64,000 nucleotides of DNA, taken from Pseudomonadota bacterium (GTDB lineage Bacteria > Pseudomonadota > Alphaproteobacteria > Paracaedibacterales > CAIOTO01). The translations under genes and the position numbers were made by a program. Below are positions 37,952-48,133 of this stretch, in pieces. The notes beneath the pieces were generated by a model. The model saw only the letters and a program-made list of their open reading frames with translations. It made no database searches and was not told the origin of the DNA. The number at the start of each line of letters is the position of its first letter. The first letter of the stretch is position 1. Where the stretch lies: contig JAZKDQ010000006.1 in the NCBI GenBank assembly GCA_040387495.1, positions 49,391-113,390 on the forward strand, written 5' to 3'.

Positions 37952-38064
37952 GCTTCGTTGAAAAAGCATGCACCACATATGAAGTCAGAAACTATAATTC
38001 TAATGAAACCAGATTAAATTGATGCTCCAATCAATATAAAAAGAGAAAAATTGCATATATTATC

Positions 38065-38817
38065 ATGATCACAGACCCTCCCCGTCCGTTTTGGCAACAT
38101 GTGGCAGAACTGCGCACTGCAGTTATTATTTCGCTGACATTCTTTCTGATTGGCACAGGCGTTGCTTATTTTTTATCTGAACCCATTTTTCATATTCTTG
38201 TGTCACCGCTGGAACAACTCTTCGCAATCAAAGGCGAGGCACGTCGATTCATATACACCAACCTTACCGAAGCATTTGTCACTTATCTTAAAGTTGCTCT
38301 CTTTGCTGGGCTATTTTTCACATTTCCTTTTATCGCACTACAAGCATGGTTATTCATTAGTCCAGGATTATTCAAACGCGAGCGAGGACTTTTTTTCGTT
38401 CTGTTATTTTCAATTCCATTCTTTTTCACTGTTGGCGCTCTTTTTGCCTACTATATTGTTTTACCTGCTGCATTTTCGTTCTTTTTAAGTTTTGAAACAA
38501 TGATCGGCAGCATACCATTGCAGTTAGAAACCAGAATGAGCGAATATTTATCGCTCGTCATGCGAATGCTGTTGGCATTTGGGCTTAGTTTTGAGCTGCC
38601 TGTTATTTTAGGCGGTCTCGCTTGGCTCGGCATACTCTCGAAAGAGACATTAATCAAACCTTGGCGTTTAGCCGTTGTAGGTGTGACATTTCTTGCCGCC
38701 ATTATTACGCCACCTGATGCGCTCAGCATGATTTTGCTCGCACTGCCGTTGCTATTTTTATATGCTTTATCTATTATTGTCGTTAGCTTTATAGAAAAAC
38801 ATAAAAACCATGCATGA
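38065..38817 (+). CDS. tatC: Sec-independent protein translocase TatC, copy 2 (contiguous with full-length serS)
   Basis: 250 aa, same motifs as copy 1. Its stop overlaps the serS start (ATGCATGA). Confidence 0.9.
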   Translation: MITDPPRPFWQHVAELRTAVIISLTFFLIGTGVAYFLSEPIFHILVSPLEQLFAIKGEARRFIYTNLTEAFVTYLKVALFAGLFFTFPFIALQAWLFISPGLFKRERGLFFVLLFSIPFFFTVGALFAYYIVLPAAFSFFLSFETMIGSIPLQLETRMSEYLSLVMRMLLAFGLSFELPVILGGLAWLGILSKETLIKPWRLAVVGVTFLAAIITPPDALSMILLALPLLFLYALSIIVVSFIEKHKNHA

Positions 38818-38871
38818 CATTAAATTTATTCGCAGCACCCCTGATCAATTCGACGCCGGCCTTGCGCGCCG
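38065..38871 (+). repeat. Direct repeat 2 (807 bp) of the tatC-serS-prime duplication
   Basis: See 35183-35989. Confidence 0.9.
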
Positions 38872-40078
38872 TGGCCTCAATGCACAAGCGGAAGAAATTC
38901 TAGATCTTGATACAAAGCTTCGTCAGATTCAAACGGATTTACAAGATTTCCAAACACGTCGCAACGCAATTGCCAAAGAATTTGGTGCAATAAAAAAAAC
39001 AGGCGGAGACACATCATTTCTTACTGCTGAAAATGATAAAATAAAAGAAAAGATGACCATCCTCGAAGTAGAAATGCTTGCATTTGAAAATGAATTGCAC
39101 TCCGTTCTATCATATATCCCCAACTTACCTGCAGCGGATTGTCCTGATGGAAAAACCGAAGCAGAAAACGTAGAAATTCGCCGTCATGGCACCCCACGTG
39201 AATTTGATTTTACACCAAAGCAGCATTTTGAGATTGGTGAGAACCTAAAAATGATGGATTTTGAACGTGCCGCTAAAATGTCAGGTTCACGCTTTGTTGT
39301 GCTCACCGGGCAGCTTGCCCGATTAGAGCGTGCCATTGCTCAATTCATGCTTGATACGCACACAGGCACTTTTGGTTACACCGAGGCTTATGTACCATTA
39401 CTTGTGCATGACGCAGCTCCTTATGGTGTTGCGCATTTGCCAAAATTTGCCGACGATATGTTTAAAACCACGACTGGGCACTGGTTAACATCAACATCTG
39501 AAGTAACACTAACTAACTTGGTAGCGGGTGATATTTTAACAGAAGCAGAGCTACCACTACGTTTTACAGCCTATAGCCAATGCTTTAGATCAGAAGCAGG
39601 ATCGGCCGGCAAAGACACCCGTGGCATGATTCGTCAGCATCAGTTTTCAAAAGTTGAACTTGTTAGTATTACATTGCCTGAACAATCCCTTGCTGAACAT
39701 GAACGCATGACAGAGGCCGCTGAAACAATTCTGAAAAAGCTTGAATTACCATTTAGAACACTAGTACTTTGTACTGGCGATATGGGCTTTGCGTCTGAAA
39801 AAACATACGATTTAGAAGTGTGGCTGCCAGGGCAAAACGCTTATCGTGAAATTTCAAGCTGCTCACGCTGCAATGACTTTCAAGCACGCCGTATGAATAC
39901 ACGATATAAATCTAAAGCAGACGGCAAAAATTACTTTGTGCATACCTTAAATGGTTCTGGGTTGGCTGTTGGCCGCACAATGGTTGCGATTTTAGAAAAT
40001 TATCAGCAAGCTGATGGCTCAGTAATGATACCAGATGTGTTGCTACCTTATATGGGCGGCGTCACGATTATTAGGTGA
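38810..40078 (+). CDS. serS: Seryl-tRNA synthetase
   Basis: 422 aa. N-terminal coiled-coil arm and class II motifs (...[21 protein letters not shown]..., ...GSGLAVGRT...). Confidence 0.95.
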   Translation: MHDIKFIRSTPDQFDAGLARRGLNAQAEEILDLDTKLRQIQTDLQDFQTRRNAIAKEFGAIKKTGGDTSFLTAENDKIKEKMTILEVEMLAFENELHSVLSYIPNLPAADCPDGKTEAENVEIRRHGTPREFDFTPKQHFEIGENLKMMDFERAAKMSGSRFVVLTGQLARLERAIAQFMLDTHTGTFGYTEAYVPLLVHDAAPYGVAHLPKFADDMFKTTTGHWLTSTSEVTLTNLVAGDILTEAELPLRFTAYSQCFRSEAGSAGKDTRGMIRQHQFSKVELVSITLPEQSLAEHERMTEAAETILKKLELPFRTLVLCTGDMGFASEKTYDLEVWLPGQNAYREISSCSRCNDFQARRMNTRYKSKADGKNYFVHTLNGSGLAVGRTMVAILENYQQADGSVMIPDVLLPYMGGVTIIR

Positions 40079-40110
40079 CTTAACATTTCTAAAAACATTT
40101 TCTTTGCTAA

Positions 40111-40182
40111 TTTCCCTCGGGCGTGACCCGAGGGTCCATGAACCCAAGCAACTGGATCCTCTGGTCAAGCCAGAGGAAAACT
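40111..40182. repeat. Modular intergenic hairpin repeat, copy B (cleanest copy)
   Basis: TTCCCTCGGG-CGTGA-CCCGAGGGTCCATG (hairpin 40114-40134) and CCTCTGG-TCAAG-CCAGAGG (40158-40176) followed by AAAACT. It has the same architecture as copy A, with compensatory stem changes. Confidence 0.6.
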
Positions 40183-40242
40183 GAAAAAAAAGGGTAAGCT
40201 CTAATAACACAGCCTGCTCAGTTATTAATCAAGGAATTTTCA

Positions 40243-41766
40243 GTGAATCAATATACAAATAAAATCCTCGCATTCTTTGCAAATAACCCACGCATGAGTG
40301 CAATAATCTTAGGCGCGCTATCCACGTTTTCTTTTGCCCCACTCTATTTCCTACCCGCGCTCTTTGTGTCTGTTTGGGGGCTGTTGCGCTTACTTGACAA
40401 TTCACAAACATCGCGCCAACTATTTGAAAGAATTTATTCCTTTGGTTTTGGATTCTTTACAACCAATCTTTATTGGATTGGCTTTTCCTTTTGCGCAATC
40501 GATTTAGGCTGGGTTGGCATTCCTGCTGTTCTTACGTTATCGGCGTTTCTAGCACTTTTTTTCGTGATCAACGGATTCTTCATCCTCCCCTTTGCACCAT
40601 TTACTATTGAACGACGCATTGCTTTTGCCGTGGGGTTTGCCATTTGTGAATGGCTTCGTGGACACATATTGACAGGTCTTCCTTGGAATTTAGTTGGTTC
40701 AATCTGGGGTGCATATACATGGCCTTACCTAAATGATATAGGGTTATCTATTTTACAAATCACTGCTTGGATTGGCATTTATGGATTATCCTTCCTGACA
40801 ATGCTCGTTGTCGTACTCATCACTGGCACACATCGTTTATGCCGCATCATAGCGTTAGCAGGAATTATTGCATGTGCGCTGTTTGGTGGAATGCGCCTTA
40901 TGCGCACACCAACTGAATTATTACCCATCAATCTACGCCTTATACAACCAAGTCTAGATCAACGTCTTAAATGGCTTTCCAGCAGCTTTGAACGGAATCT
41001 AGAGCTTCAACTGGGGCTTTCAAGCCTAGAAGCTGAGCGTCCACTAGCCGCCATTATTTGGCCAGAAGCGGCGATTACAACATTCCTAAATGAATCACTG
41101 GAACTTCGAGAAATCTTAAGTAGCGTTGCGCCAAAGAATGGTTACATCATAACGGGTACTCCGCGCCGGGAAGATGGCAAAGTGTTCACGACTCTTTCTG
41201 TAATCAATGAAAATGGTGATATCCCATATCATTACAAAAAATCACATCTTGTGCCTTTTGGTGAATATGTGCCTTTTAAACAATATTTACCCGTCGAAAA
41301 ACTTACGTCAGGCACACTCGATTATTCAGAAAGTGACGGCTTAAGAACGCTTGACGTTCCAGGCCTGCCACCATTCTCTCCACTCATTTGTTTCGAGGCA
41401 CTATTTCCTGGTGAAGTCATAAGCAAGGCAGTTAACACTAAGCGTCCCCTATGGCTTTTAAATATTACAAACGATGCATGGTATGGTGTGTCTGCCGGCC
41501 CTTATCAACATTTAGCATTGGTACGAATTCGTGCCATCGAAGAAGGCATGCCACTAGTGCGGGTTGCCAATAATGGTCTATCCGCAGTGATTGATCCATG
41601 CGGCCGGGTTGCACATAAATTGGGGCTCTATGATATAGGATTTATTGATTTTGAATTGCCAAAAGCATTACCAACTACACTGTATAACCGCATAAAAGAA
41701 GGTGCTTTTTGGGCATTGTTAATGGTGGCGTTTGTGGGTGCGATACTTATGCGGCGCCGGCGATAG
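40243..41766 (+). CDS. lnt: Apolipoprotein N-acyltransferase
   Basis: 507 aa (GTG start). Multi-TM N-terminal half, then a C-terminal nitrilase-like domain with ...WPEAA..., ...YHKKSHLVPFGEYVP..., ...ICFEALFP... and ...NDAWY.... Confidence 0.9.
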   Translation: MNQYTNKILAFFANNPRMSAIILGALSTFSFAPLYFLPALFVSVWGLLRLLDNSQTSRQLFERIYSFGFGFFTTNLYWIGFSFCAIDLGWVGIPAVLTLSAFLALFFVINGFFILPFAPFTIERRIAFAVGFAICEWLRGHILTGLPWNLVGSIWGAYTWPYLNDIGLSILQITAWIGIYGLSFLTMLVVVLITGTHRLCRIIALAGIIACALFGGMRLMRTPTELLPINLRLIQPSLDQRLKWLSSSFERNLELQLGLSSLEAERPLAAIIWPEAAITTFLNESLELREILSSVAPKNGYIITGTPRREDGKVFTTLSVINENGDIPYHYKKSHLVPFGEYVPFKQYLPVEKLTSGTLDYSESDGLRTLDVPGLPPFSPLICFEALFPGEVISKAVNTKRPLWLLNITNDAWYGVSAGPYQHLALVRIRAIEEGMPLVRVANNGLSAVIDPCGRVAHKLGLYDIGFIDFELPKALPTTLYNRIKEGAFWALLMVAFVGAILMRRRR

Positions 41767-41852
41767 CCATATCTATCCACATTTAATTGGACTTCCTCCT
41801 CTAATCTCATTAAAATCAATCTTATTTGCTTGCTCTGAAAGGCACATCTTTA

Positions 41853-42620
41853 ATGACAATCAGTTTTGTAAAATTTTTCTCTGCACTCGCACTAGTATCA
41901 TTTCTCGTTGGCTGTAAAGATGATAAAAAGCCAGAGACAGGTAAAAACGGCCCTCTAACAGTTGCTGTATCAGCAGATTACCCGCCATTTGAATTCCATA
42001 AAGATGGTAAAATAGTTGGTTTTGAAATTGATCTTATGAATGCTATTGCAAAAGAATTAAAACGCGAAGTTACATTCCAAGACTTACCGTTTGAAAGCAT
42101 TCTTGGCGCCCTTCAATCAAAACGTGTTGATCTGTCAATCTCATGCTTAAGCGCAACAGTCGAGCGTGCGAAAGTTGTTGATTTTTCTGTGCACTACAAC
42201 ACATCAAAAACGGTTCTTATAACTGATGATACAACTATTAAAAGCATGGATGATCTAAAAGACAAAACTGTTGGCGTACAGCTTGGCTCAACAAATGAAA
42301 TCTGTCTTAAAGAATGGTTACCAAAAGTTTCGGGGATGCAAATACAGTCCCTTAGTAAAGTGCCTGACCTGATTCAGAACCTAAAAGTAAAGCGTATTGT
42401 GGGAATTGTACTGGGTGAAACCGAAGCCCACGCCGTTATGAATGAAGTCAAAGGCCTTAATATGATTGAGATACCAGACACTGAGTTTTCCTCAGCCATT
42501 GCCTTTCCAAAGGGGTCAACACTTGTTACATCAGTAAACGAAGCTATTCAAAAAATGCAAAAGGATGGATCGCTAAAGGCACTACAGGATAAATGGCTTA
42601 AAGGGAAAATCAATGCTTAA
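41853..42620 (+). CDS. Amino-acid ABC transporter substrate-binding lipoprotein (family 3 SBP)
   Basis: From M at 41853. Lipobox LVGC. ...YPPFEF...GFEIDL...AI...SATVERAKVVDFS... typical of polar amino-acid SBPs. Confidence 0.85.
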   Translation: MTISFVKFFSALALVSFLVGCKDDKKPETGKNGPLTVAVSADYPPFEFHKDGKIVGFEIDLMNAIAKELKREVTFQDLPFESILGALQSKRVDLSISCLSATVERAKVVDFSVHYNTSKTVLITDDTTIKSMDDLKDKTVGVQLGSTNEICLKEWLPKVSGMQIQSLSKVPDLIQNLKVKRIVGIVLGETEAHAVMNEVKGLNMIEIPDTEFSSAIAFPKGSTLVTSVNEAIQKMQKDGSLKALQDKWLKGKINA

Positions 42621-43278
42621 CGCTGAACTTAATTTTAGCGCTATACTTCCCTCATTTCCTTATATTCTGACGGGAGTCATAATTACCTTAAAATTCACTG
42701 TTATATCAGCATTATGTGGACTACCGTTGGGTGTTGCTCTGGCTCTTATGAAAATAGGCGCAATTCGTCCACTGCGTGCTTTTTCAAATGCATACACATC
42801 TATTTTTCGTGGCACACCATTGCTTGTTCAGCTAATGTTGATTTTCAATGCGGTTCCGCACTTTACAGGCTATAATATTACAGCATTCGAGGCTGGTGTG
42901 ATAACGTTTTCGCTAAACTCCGCAGCTTATGCCTCTGAAGTTATACGCGGAGGTATTCAATCGATTGACATTGGTCAATGGGAGGCAGGGCACGCTCTTG
43001 GACTATCCCGTTTTCAAACGTTCTATCATGTGATCATGCCACTTGCAGTTCGAAGTATTTTTCCAAATCTTGTAAATGAATTCACCACTTTACTTAAAGA
43101 GTCAGCACTTGTTGGCATTATTGGTGAAGCAGATTTACTCTATCGTGCAAAAGTTGTCGCTGCTGAAAAATTCATGTATTTTGAACCGTTTATTTTAGCT
43201 GCCGCCATTTACTATGCAATGGTAATGATTATTTCTTTCTTTGCAAAACGCCTTGAAAAGAGCCTTTCTTATGCTTAA
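42613..43278 (+). CDS. Amino-acid ABC transporter permease (His/Glu/Gln/Arg/opine family)
   Basis: 221 aa. ...FRGTPLLVQL... and the EAA-like loop ...SAAYASEVIRGGIQSIDIGQWEAGHALGLS.... Confidence 0.85.
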   Translation: MLNAELNFSAILPSFPYILTGVIITLKFTVISALCGLPLGVALALMKIGAIRPLRAFSNAYTSIFRGTPLLVQLMLIFNAVPHFTGYNITAFEAGVITFSLNSAAYASEVIRGGIQSIDIGQWEAGHALGLSRFQTFYHVIMPLAVRSIFPNLVNEFTTLLKESALVGIIGEADLLYRAKVVAAEKFMYFEPFILAAAIYYAMVMIISFFAKRLEKSLSYA

Positions 43279-43993
43279 TGTCAATGCACTTACCGTCACT
43301 ATGCAACGTGACCCATCTAAGCGTATTTTGGACGAGATTACCTTTGATGTTAAAGATGGCCAGATTCTTGCCATACTTGGGCCATCTGGCGCAGGAAAAA
43401 CAACGTTGCTTCGCTGTTTAGCGCTATTACATGAACAAACAAGCGGCACAATTACTGTTAATGGCGCCCCCATTAACACCCTTGCTGCTGGAAAAATCGG
43501 CATTGTCTTTCAGGGGTTCAATTTATTTCCGCACCTAACTGTGTTTGATAATATGCTATTAGCACCTACATGTCATAAAAAAGATACTGCAGAGGCTTTG
43601 AATAAGAAAGCACATGAGTTGCTTACGCAATTTGGCCTTGCTGCACATTCAGGCGCCCATCCACACAATCTTTCTGGTGGACAGAAGCAACGTGTTGCGA
43701 TCGCACGTGCATTAATGATGGATCCGCCGGTATTACTGTTTGATGAGCCAACATCAGCGCTTGACCCTGAACTGATCAATGAAGTGTCCGAGATCATTAA
43801 AGCGCTTCGTCAACCCAATCGTGTGATTTTGGTTGTAACACATGAAGTACGCTTGGCGCGTCATGTAGCGGATCATATTTTGTTTCTAGATAATGGGGTG
43901 TTGCTGGACAATGTTTCACGAGATGTATTTTTTAATGAGTCTGGCGAGGGATTATCACCTCGTGCACGTACATTTTTGAGCAATTTGAGTTAA
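43271..43993 (+). CDS. Amino-acid ABC transporter ATP-binding protein
   Basis: From M at 43271 (overlaps the permease stop). Walker A GPSGAGKTT, signature LSGGQKQRVAIARAL, Walker B LLFDEPTSALD. Confidence 0.9.
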   Translation: MLNVNALTVTMQRDPSKRILDEITFDVKDGQILAILGPSGAGKTTLLRCLALLHEQTSGTITVNGAPINTLAAGKIGIVFQGFNLFPHLTVFDNMLLAPTCHKKDTAEALNKKAHELLTQFGLAAHSGAHPHNLSGGQKQRVAIARALMMDPPVLLFDEPTSALDPELINEVSEIIKALRQPNRVILVVTHEVRLARHVADHILFLDNGVLLDNVSRDVFFNESGEGLSPRARTFLSNLS

Positions 43994-44986
43994 ATGCTCT
44001 CTGCCCGCCTACGAAATCATATCAACACCTACGGTCCACTTACTGTACGTGAATTCCAAGACCTTGTTCTTTTTGATGCAACAGATGGTTATTATGCCAA
44101 CTCAGATGTCATTGGTCGACAAGGTGATTTCATCACAAGCCCCGAAATCTCACAAGTTTTTGGCGAGATCATTGCACTTACTTTTGTTAATCAATGGCAT
44201 CATATGGGCTGCCCTGATCAGGTCCTACTAACAGAACTTGGGCCTGGGCGCGGCACACTAATGGCAGACATGGTTCGCACGTTTAAGCAGTTTCCTGACT
44301 TTTGGAGTACACTCAGCATTTATCTGGTTGAGGTCTGCCCCGCACTGATGCAACAACAAAAAGCTTTGCTTGGTGATGCAATTACACATGTACCGACGCT
44401 AGCAACTGTACCCGAGTCAGACGTTACGTTTGTTATTGCGAACGAATTTTTTGACGCACTACCCGTTGAACAATTTATTTTTGATCCAATTACAAACACG
44501 AAAGAGTTGCGCTTAATTAACTATACTTCAGCGGATAGCTGGCATTTCTCACCCCATGCCGCACATAAACACATTATTGAAACCTCAGATGCATCACTAA
44601 GCATCATTACCGAGATTAAGCGGCGCCTTACGCATGGCGAGGGCATGGCAATAATAATTGATTATGGAGATGACTGCACACAACGAACTGGCGATACACT
44701 CCAAGCGGTATATAAGCATCAACGTGTGTCTGTCTTTGATCACATGGGACAAGTTGACTTATCGCACCAAGTTGATTTTGGTGAACTTCAGCAACTTATG
44801 GCGCCATTATCGACAACGTTCACTACACAGAGTGAGTTTCTTATTCAAAGTGGCATTAATGAACGCACTGAATATCTTGCACAAAAAAACCCTGAATTGG
44901 CTAGCAATTTGCGGACAGGAACGATGAGACTGACAGCACCATCAGCCATGGGGTCGTTATTTAAGGTACTTATTATTACGCATTAA
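43994..44986 (+). CDS. Class I SAM-dependent methyltransferase, NDUFAF7/MidA (DUF185) family
   Basis: 330 aa. ...GDFITSPEISQVFGE..., ELGPGRGTLM, ANEFFDALP motifs. Confidence 0.8.
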   Translation: MLSARLRNHINTYGPLTVREFQDLVLFDATDGYYANSDVIGRQGDFITSPEISQVFGEIIALTFVNQWHHMGCPDQVLLTELGPGRGTLMADMVRTFKQFPDFWSTLSIYLVEVCPALMQQQKALLGDAITHVPTLATVPESDVTFVIANEFFDALPVEQFIFDPITNTKELRLINYTSADSWHFSPHAAHKHIIETSDASLSIITEIKRRLTHGEGMAIIIDYGDDCTQRTGDTLQAVYKHQRVSVFDHMGQVDLSHQVDFGELQQLMAPLSTTFTTQSEFLIQSGINERTEYLAQKNPELASNLRTGTMRLTAPSAMGSLFKVLIITH

Positions 44987-45071
44987 TCACCAATCCTAAT
45001 TTTCCCCATGGTGAAAACATCAAAACCAAGGTATCCTAATAAAATCCCTTAATAATAGAAACATTGCTTAC

Positions 45072-46196
45072 ATGACGCGTATAATTTTTTATATTTTCAT
45101 CTCGACTTTTTTTATACGTATTGCACCTTGCGTCTCTCGTGCCGATGACACCACAGAACCCTTAAAGCAACTCACCCATCAGATTGAGCACCTCATTAAA
45201 ACAAAAAAGATCCCTGGCTGTGCTATTGCTATTGTTGATCACGATAAAATTATTTATATGAATGCCTTTGGTGTACGAAAAATGGTCAAAGGGAACAGAG
45301 GAATTCCTATTAACATAGATACGGTATTTCAACTTGGATCAATCTCAAAACCCATCACAGCAACACTTGTTGCCATTTTACAAAAACACGGCGTACTTAA
45401 CATTGACCAGCCTGCACAGGCACATTTACCCTGGATAAGTGCAAACACAACAACGCGCCACTTACTCAGCCATACCAGCGGATTTATACGCACAGGTTGG
45501 AACAATAAAATTGAAGCAAATATCCCACGCATTACACTGGTACGCGATTTATCAGCGCATCCTCAAAGTATACCCGGTGAAACGTTTGACTATCACAACT
45601 TGGCTTTCAGTTTGCTCGAAGACATCCTGATGCACGCCACAAAATCACCTTTCGAAAATCTTTTGCAACGCTACCTCTTTAAGCCCGTTGGTATGACCAA
45701 TGCAAGTTGCGGATATCCTCTGTTTGATCTTAATGAAAACAAAGCATGGCCGCACCAAATTACAAAAAGGGGAGTCCTCGTGCCAAGCTCTTCCTTATCT
45801 CGATTTTATCATGCACACGTTCCATCCGCTGGCGGTTTGAATGCTAATATTCGGGATATGGCTAATTTTTTACTATTGCAGTTAAATGGACAAACAAATT
45901 TGATTCATACAGATGACCTAGCGGCTTTCCACACTCCTATCACACCAACAAAAGATGCACCTAATTGGTTGAAAAAAGCACTGCCAGAAACAAATGTACA
46001 AACTTGGTATGGGCTTGGGTGGCGTATTTTAGATATTGGAAAACAGCGCATTGTTTACCATGGTGGATGGCTCAAAGGATTTAAGAACTTCTTAGCCTTC
46101 CTTCCTGATAGAAAAGTAGGGATTGTTATTCTACATAATAGTGAAGCTGACTTTTCGAAAAAGGCAGTCGTTAAATTTTTACAGCAAATTGGGTAG
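45072..46196 (+). CDS. Serine hydrolase, beta-lactamase class C / PBP4*-like family, secreted
   Basis: 374 aa. Signal-like N-terminus. SxxK motif in FQLGSISKP. YxN-like and ...HGG(W)... elements. Confidence 0.8.
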   Translation: MTRIIFYIFISTFFIRIAPCVSRADDTTEPLKQLTHQIEHLIKTKKIPGCAIAIVDHDKIIYMNAFGVRKMVKGNRGIPINIDTVFQLGSISKPITATLVAILQKHGVLNIDQPAQAHLPWISANTTTRHLLSHTSGFIRTGWNNKIEANIPRITLVRDLSAHPQSIPGETFDYHNLAFSLLEDILMHATKSPFENLLQRYLFKPVGMTNASCGYPLFDLNENKAWPHQITKRGVLVPSSSLSRFYHAHVPSAGGLNANIRDMANFLLLQLNGQTNLIHTDDLAAFHTPITPTKDAPNWLKKALPETNVQTWYGLGWRILDIGKQRIVYHGGWLKGFKNFLAFLPDRKVGIVILHNSEADFSKKAVVKFLQQIG

Positions 46197-46437
46197 GCTG
46201 AATTGTTATACCTATGGGCTTCATATCGTCATTTCGCCATGGCCAGACTGAAACCTCTAGCAGCCTCAATGAGAGCGCCTAAAGGATAGGGCCTTGCAAA
46301 TGGCACGGCAATTTAGAATAAACCAGATCACCACATCGATGCTGCCTGCTCGCAAAGACGTAAGGTTAATTGATGCCCAGCGTTTCTGAGAATTAGGCAA
46401 ACAAGTTAAACATAAAAACTCTAATTGATAGCAATAC

Positions 46438-47298
46438 TTACGTCGGCTTTAATTCATTTTCTTTACGGCGGGCTTCTATCTTTTTTCCAAGTGCTTCTTG
46501 CTTTTGGAAAAAGACACTACGCATACCCACATAAAAATCACTCGACATACGTTCAAGATCGCGAAGTGGAATAAGTACTTGGCGACGACGCTCAAGCGCA
46601 TCAAGACCATAGATTGCCTCTAGAATAAGCCATTGCTGTCTGTGGCGGTTGTGTGCACGGTGTTTATTACGTGCAATGTAATAAAGTGGATTACTAAAGT
46701 AGTCTCCCACTTTTCCAGCTGTATCACGGAAGGAGGATGGTCCAAGTATTGGCAATACAAGATAAGGACCTGTGCCGACACCCCATGTAGCAAATGTCTC
46801 ATTCATAGTTGTTGTTTCTTTTGGCAATCCCATACCGTCAGCTGCGTCCATCAAGCCAAAGAAGCCAATTGTTGTATTAATAACAAAACGACCTATCGTA
46901 CGGGTCGCACGTTCTCCTTCACCTTGCAATGTATGATTAATGGCTCCTACTGGTTCAAACGCATTACTCACAACATTACGTACTGCTTCTTTAGCTGTTT
47001 CGTGTACCGTGTCTTCATAAAGCGCCGCTATAGGTTTTAAAATCAAGCCATCGATAATACGGTTAAACCCAAATGTAATGCGATTGAGCGGTTCAAGCGG
47101 ATCTGGTTCATCTAAAACAGAATCATCTTCGTCATCAATGAATTCTTCATCAACGCCATCTGATTTTTTTATTAATTCTTTTTTTTGTGCATGTGCATCA
47201 TTTTTTTGCGCATACACTGCACCAATAAGACAATTGTACGCCCAAAATAGTGCGCATATAATTCTTGTGATTCGGGTTAACAGCGGAAAGTCAGCCAT
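46438..47298 (-). CDS. mlaA: MlaA/VacJ family outer-membrane lipoprotein
   Basis: Preferred start is ATG 47298. DPLEPLNRITFGFNRIIDGLILKPIAALY and ...GPYLVLPILGPSSFRD... are MlaA hallmarks. Confidence 0.8.
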   Translation of the reverse strand: MADFPLLTRITRIICALFWAYNCLIGAVYAQKNDAHAQKKELIKKSDGVDEEFIDDEDDSVLDEPDPLEPLNRITFGFNRIIDGLILKPIAALYEDTVHETAKEAVRNVVSNAFEPVGAINHTLQGEGERATRTIGRFVINTTIGFFGLMDAADGMGLPKETTTMNETFATWGVGTGPYLVLPILGPSSFRDTAGKVGDYFSNPLYYIARNKHRAHNRHRQQWLILEAIYGLDALERRRQVLIPLRDLERMSSDFYVGMRSVFFQKQEALGKKIEARRKENELKPT

Positions 47299-47422
47299 AT
47301 GTTTTAATAAAACCTTTTGTAATTTCTTTAAAAGATTACAAGAATGCTCCATAAAATAAAAGCAAGAATTAGCAAAAAGCTATCTTTTTCTAATGCTACG
47401 ATTTAATTGTGTGTTTTTTAGC

Positions 47423-48016
47423 CTACACCCCAATATTTGCCATTATCGATGCTAAGGCGATAAACAAACGATTACGTCTTCCTGGAAGACAACCACCTCC
47501 TGTTGTTTTATTATCTTCAAGTGTTGCAAACCAAGCTATGCCATCATCTATTTCCCATTTCTCTTCAAGATCTTTAGCAAGGGTAACTAATCTCGAAAAA
47601 AGTAATTTATCTTGTTCATTAAAATCATTGCATAGACCATTTAAATACTCTGATGATGCAAATTGAGGCTGATATATATCATGTGCAACACAAAATGCGT
47701 GACCTAAAGAAAGAGATCGGCCTAAATCCAGTGATTGAGCAATAGCTAATAGATGGGCAAGTTCTCGGTCAACGAATGCATCCAATGCATGCACACTCGC
47801 ATCAAATGGAACAGCAGAAATACCCTCTAAAATCCGTGTAAGATTCGCATGGCAATTAGGTAAAATATCTACATAGTTACTAAGATATACTGTACGAAAT
47901 TCCATTACTCTTTGCTCAGGAAGAGGAAGATCATCATTTGCATACACAAACAATACATTTACACCAAGAAGAACAAGCACAGAAGCCGCAAACTCTTTAG
48001 CATTCAATATGAACAT
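47423..48016 (-). CDS. Hypothetical protein with N-terminal hydrophobic segment
   Basis: 197-aa ORF, no recognisable domain. It is longer and more protein-like than the overlapping + strand ORF at 47409..47666. Confidence 0.45.
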   Translation of the reverse strand: MFILNAKEFAASVLVLLGVNVLFVYANDDLPLPEQRVMEFRTVYLSNYVDILPNCHANLTRILEGISAVPFDASVHALDAFVDRELAHLLAIAQSLDLGRSLSLGHAFCVAHDIYQPQFASSEYLNGLCNDFNEQDKLLFSRLVTLAKDLEEKWEIDDGIAWFATLEDNKTTGGGCLPGRRNRLFIALASIMANIGV

Positions 48017-48133
48017 AATAATACCAGATATAATATTTCTGGTTTATATTAGTCATAATAATGTTAATATATTGATAATATGTATGAGTAATTATAAAAA
48101 TAAACAAATACAATTATAGAAAGAAAATACTTC

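Noticed and set aside
46197-46437. 240-bp relatively GC-rich spacer between the beta-lactamase-family gene and mlaA; considered as an sRNA, SRP RNA, 6S RNA or gene remnant
   Set aside because: I could not find conserved SRP, RNase P, tmRNA or tRNA motifs, a convincing stable hairpin plus terminator, or a translatable remnant. It is left unannotated.
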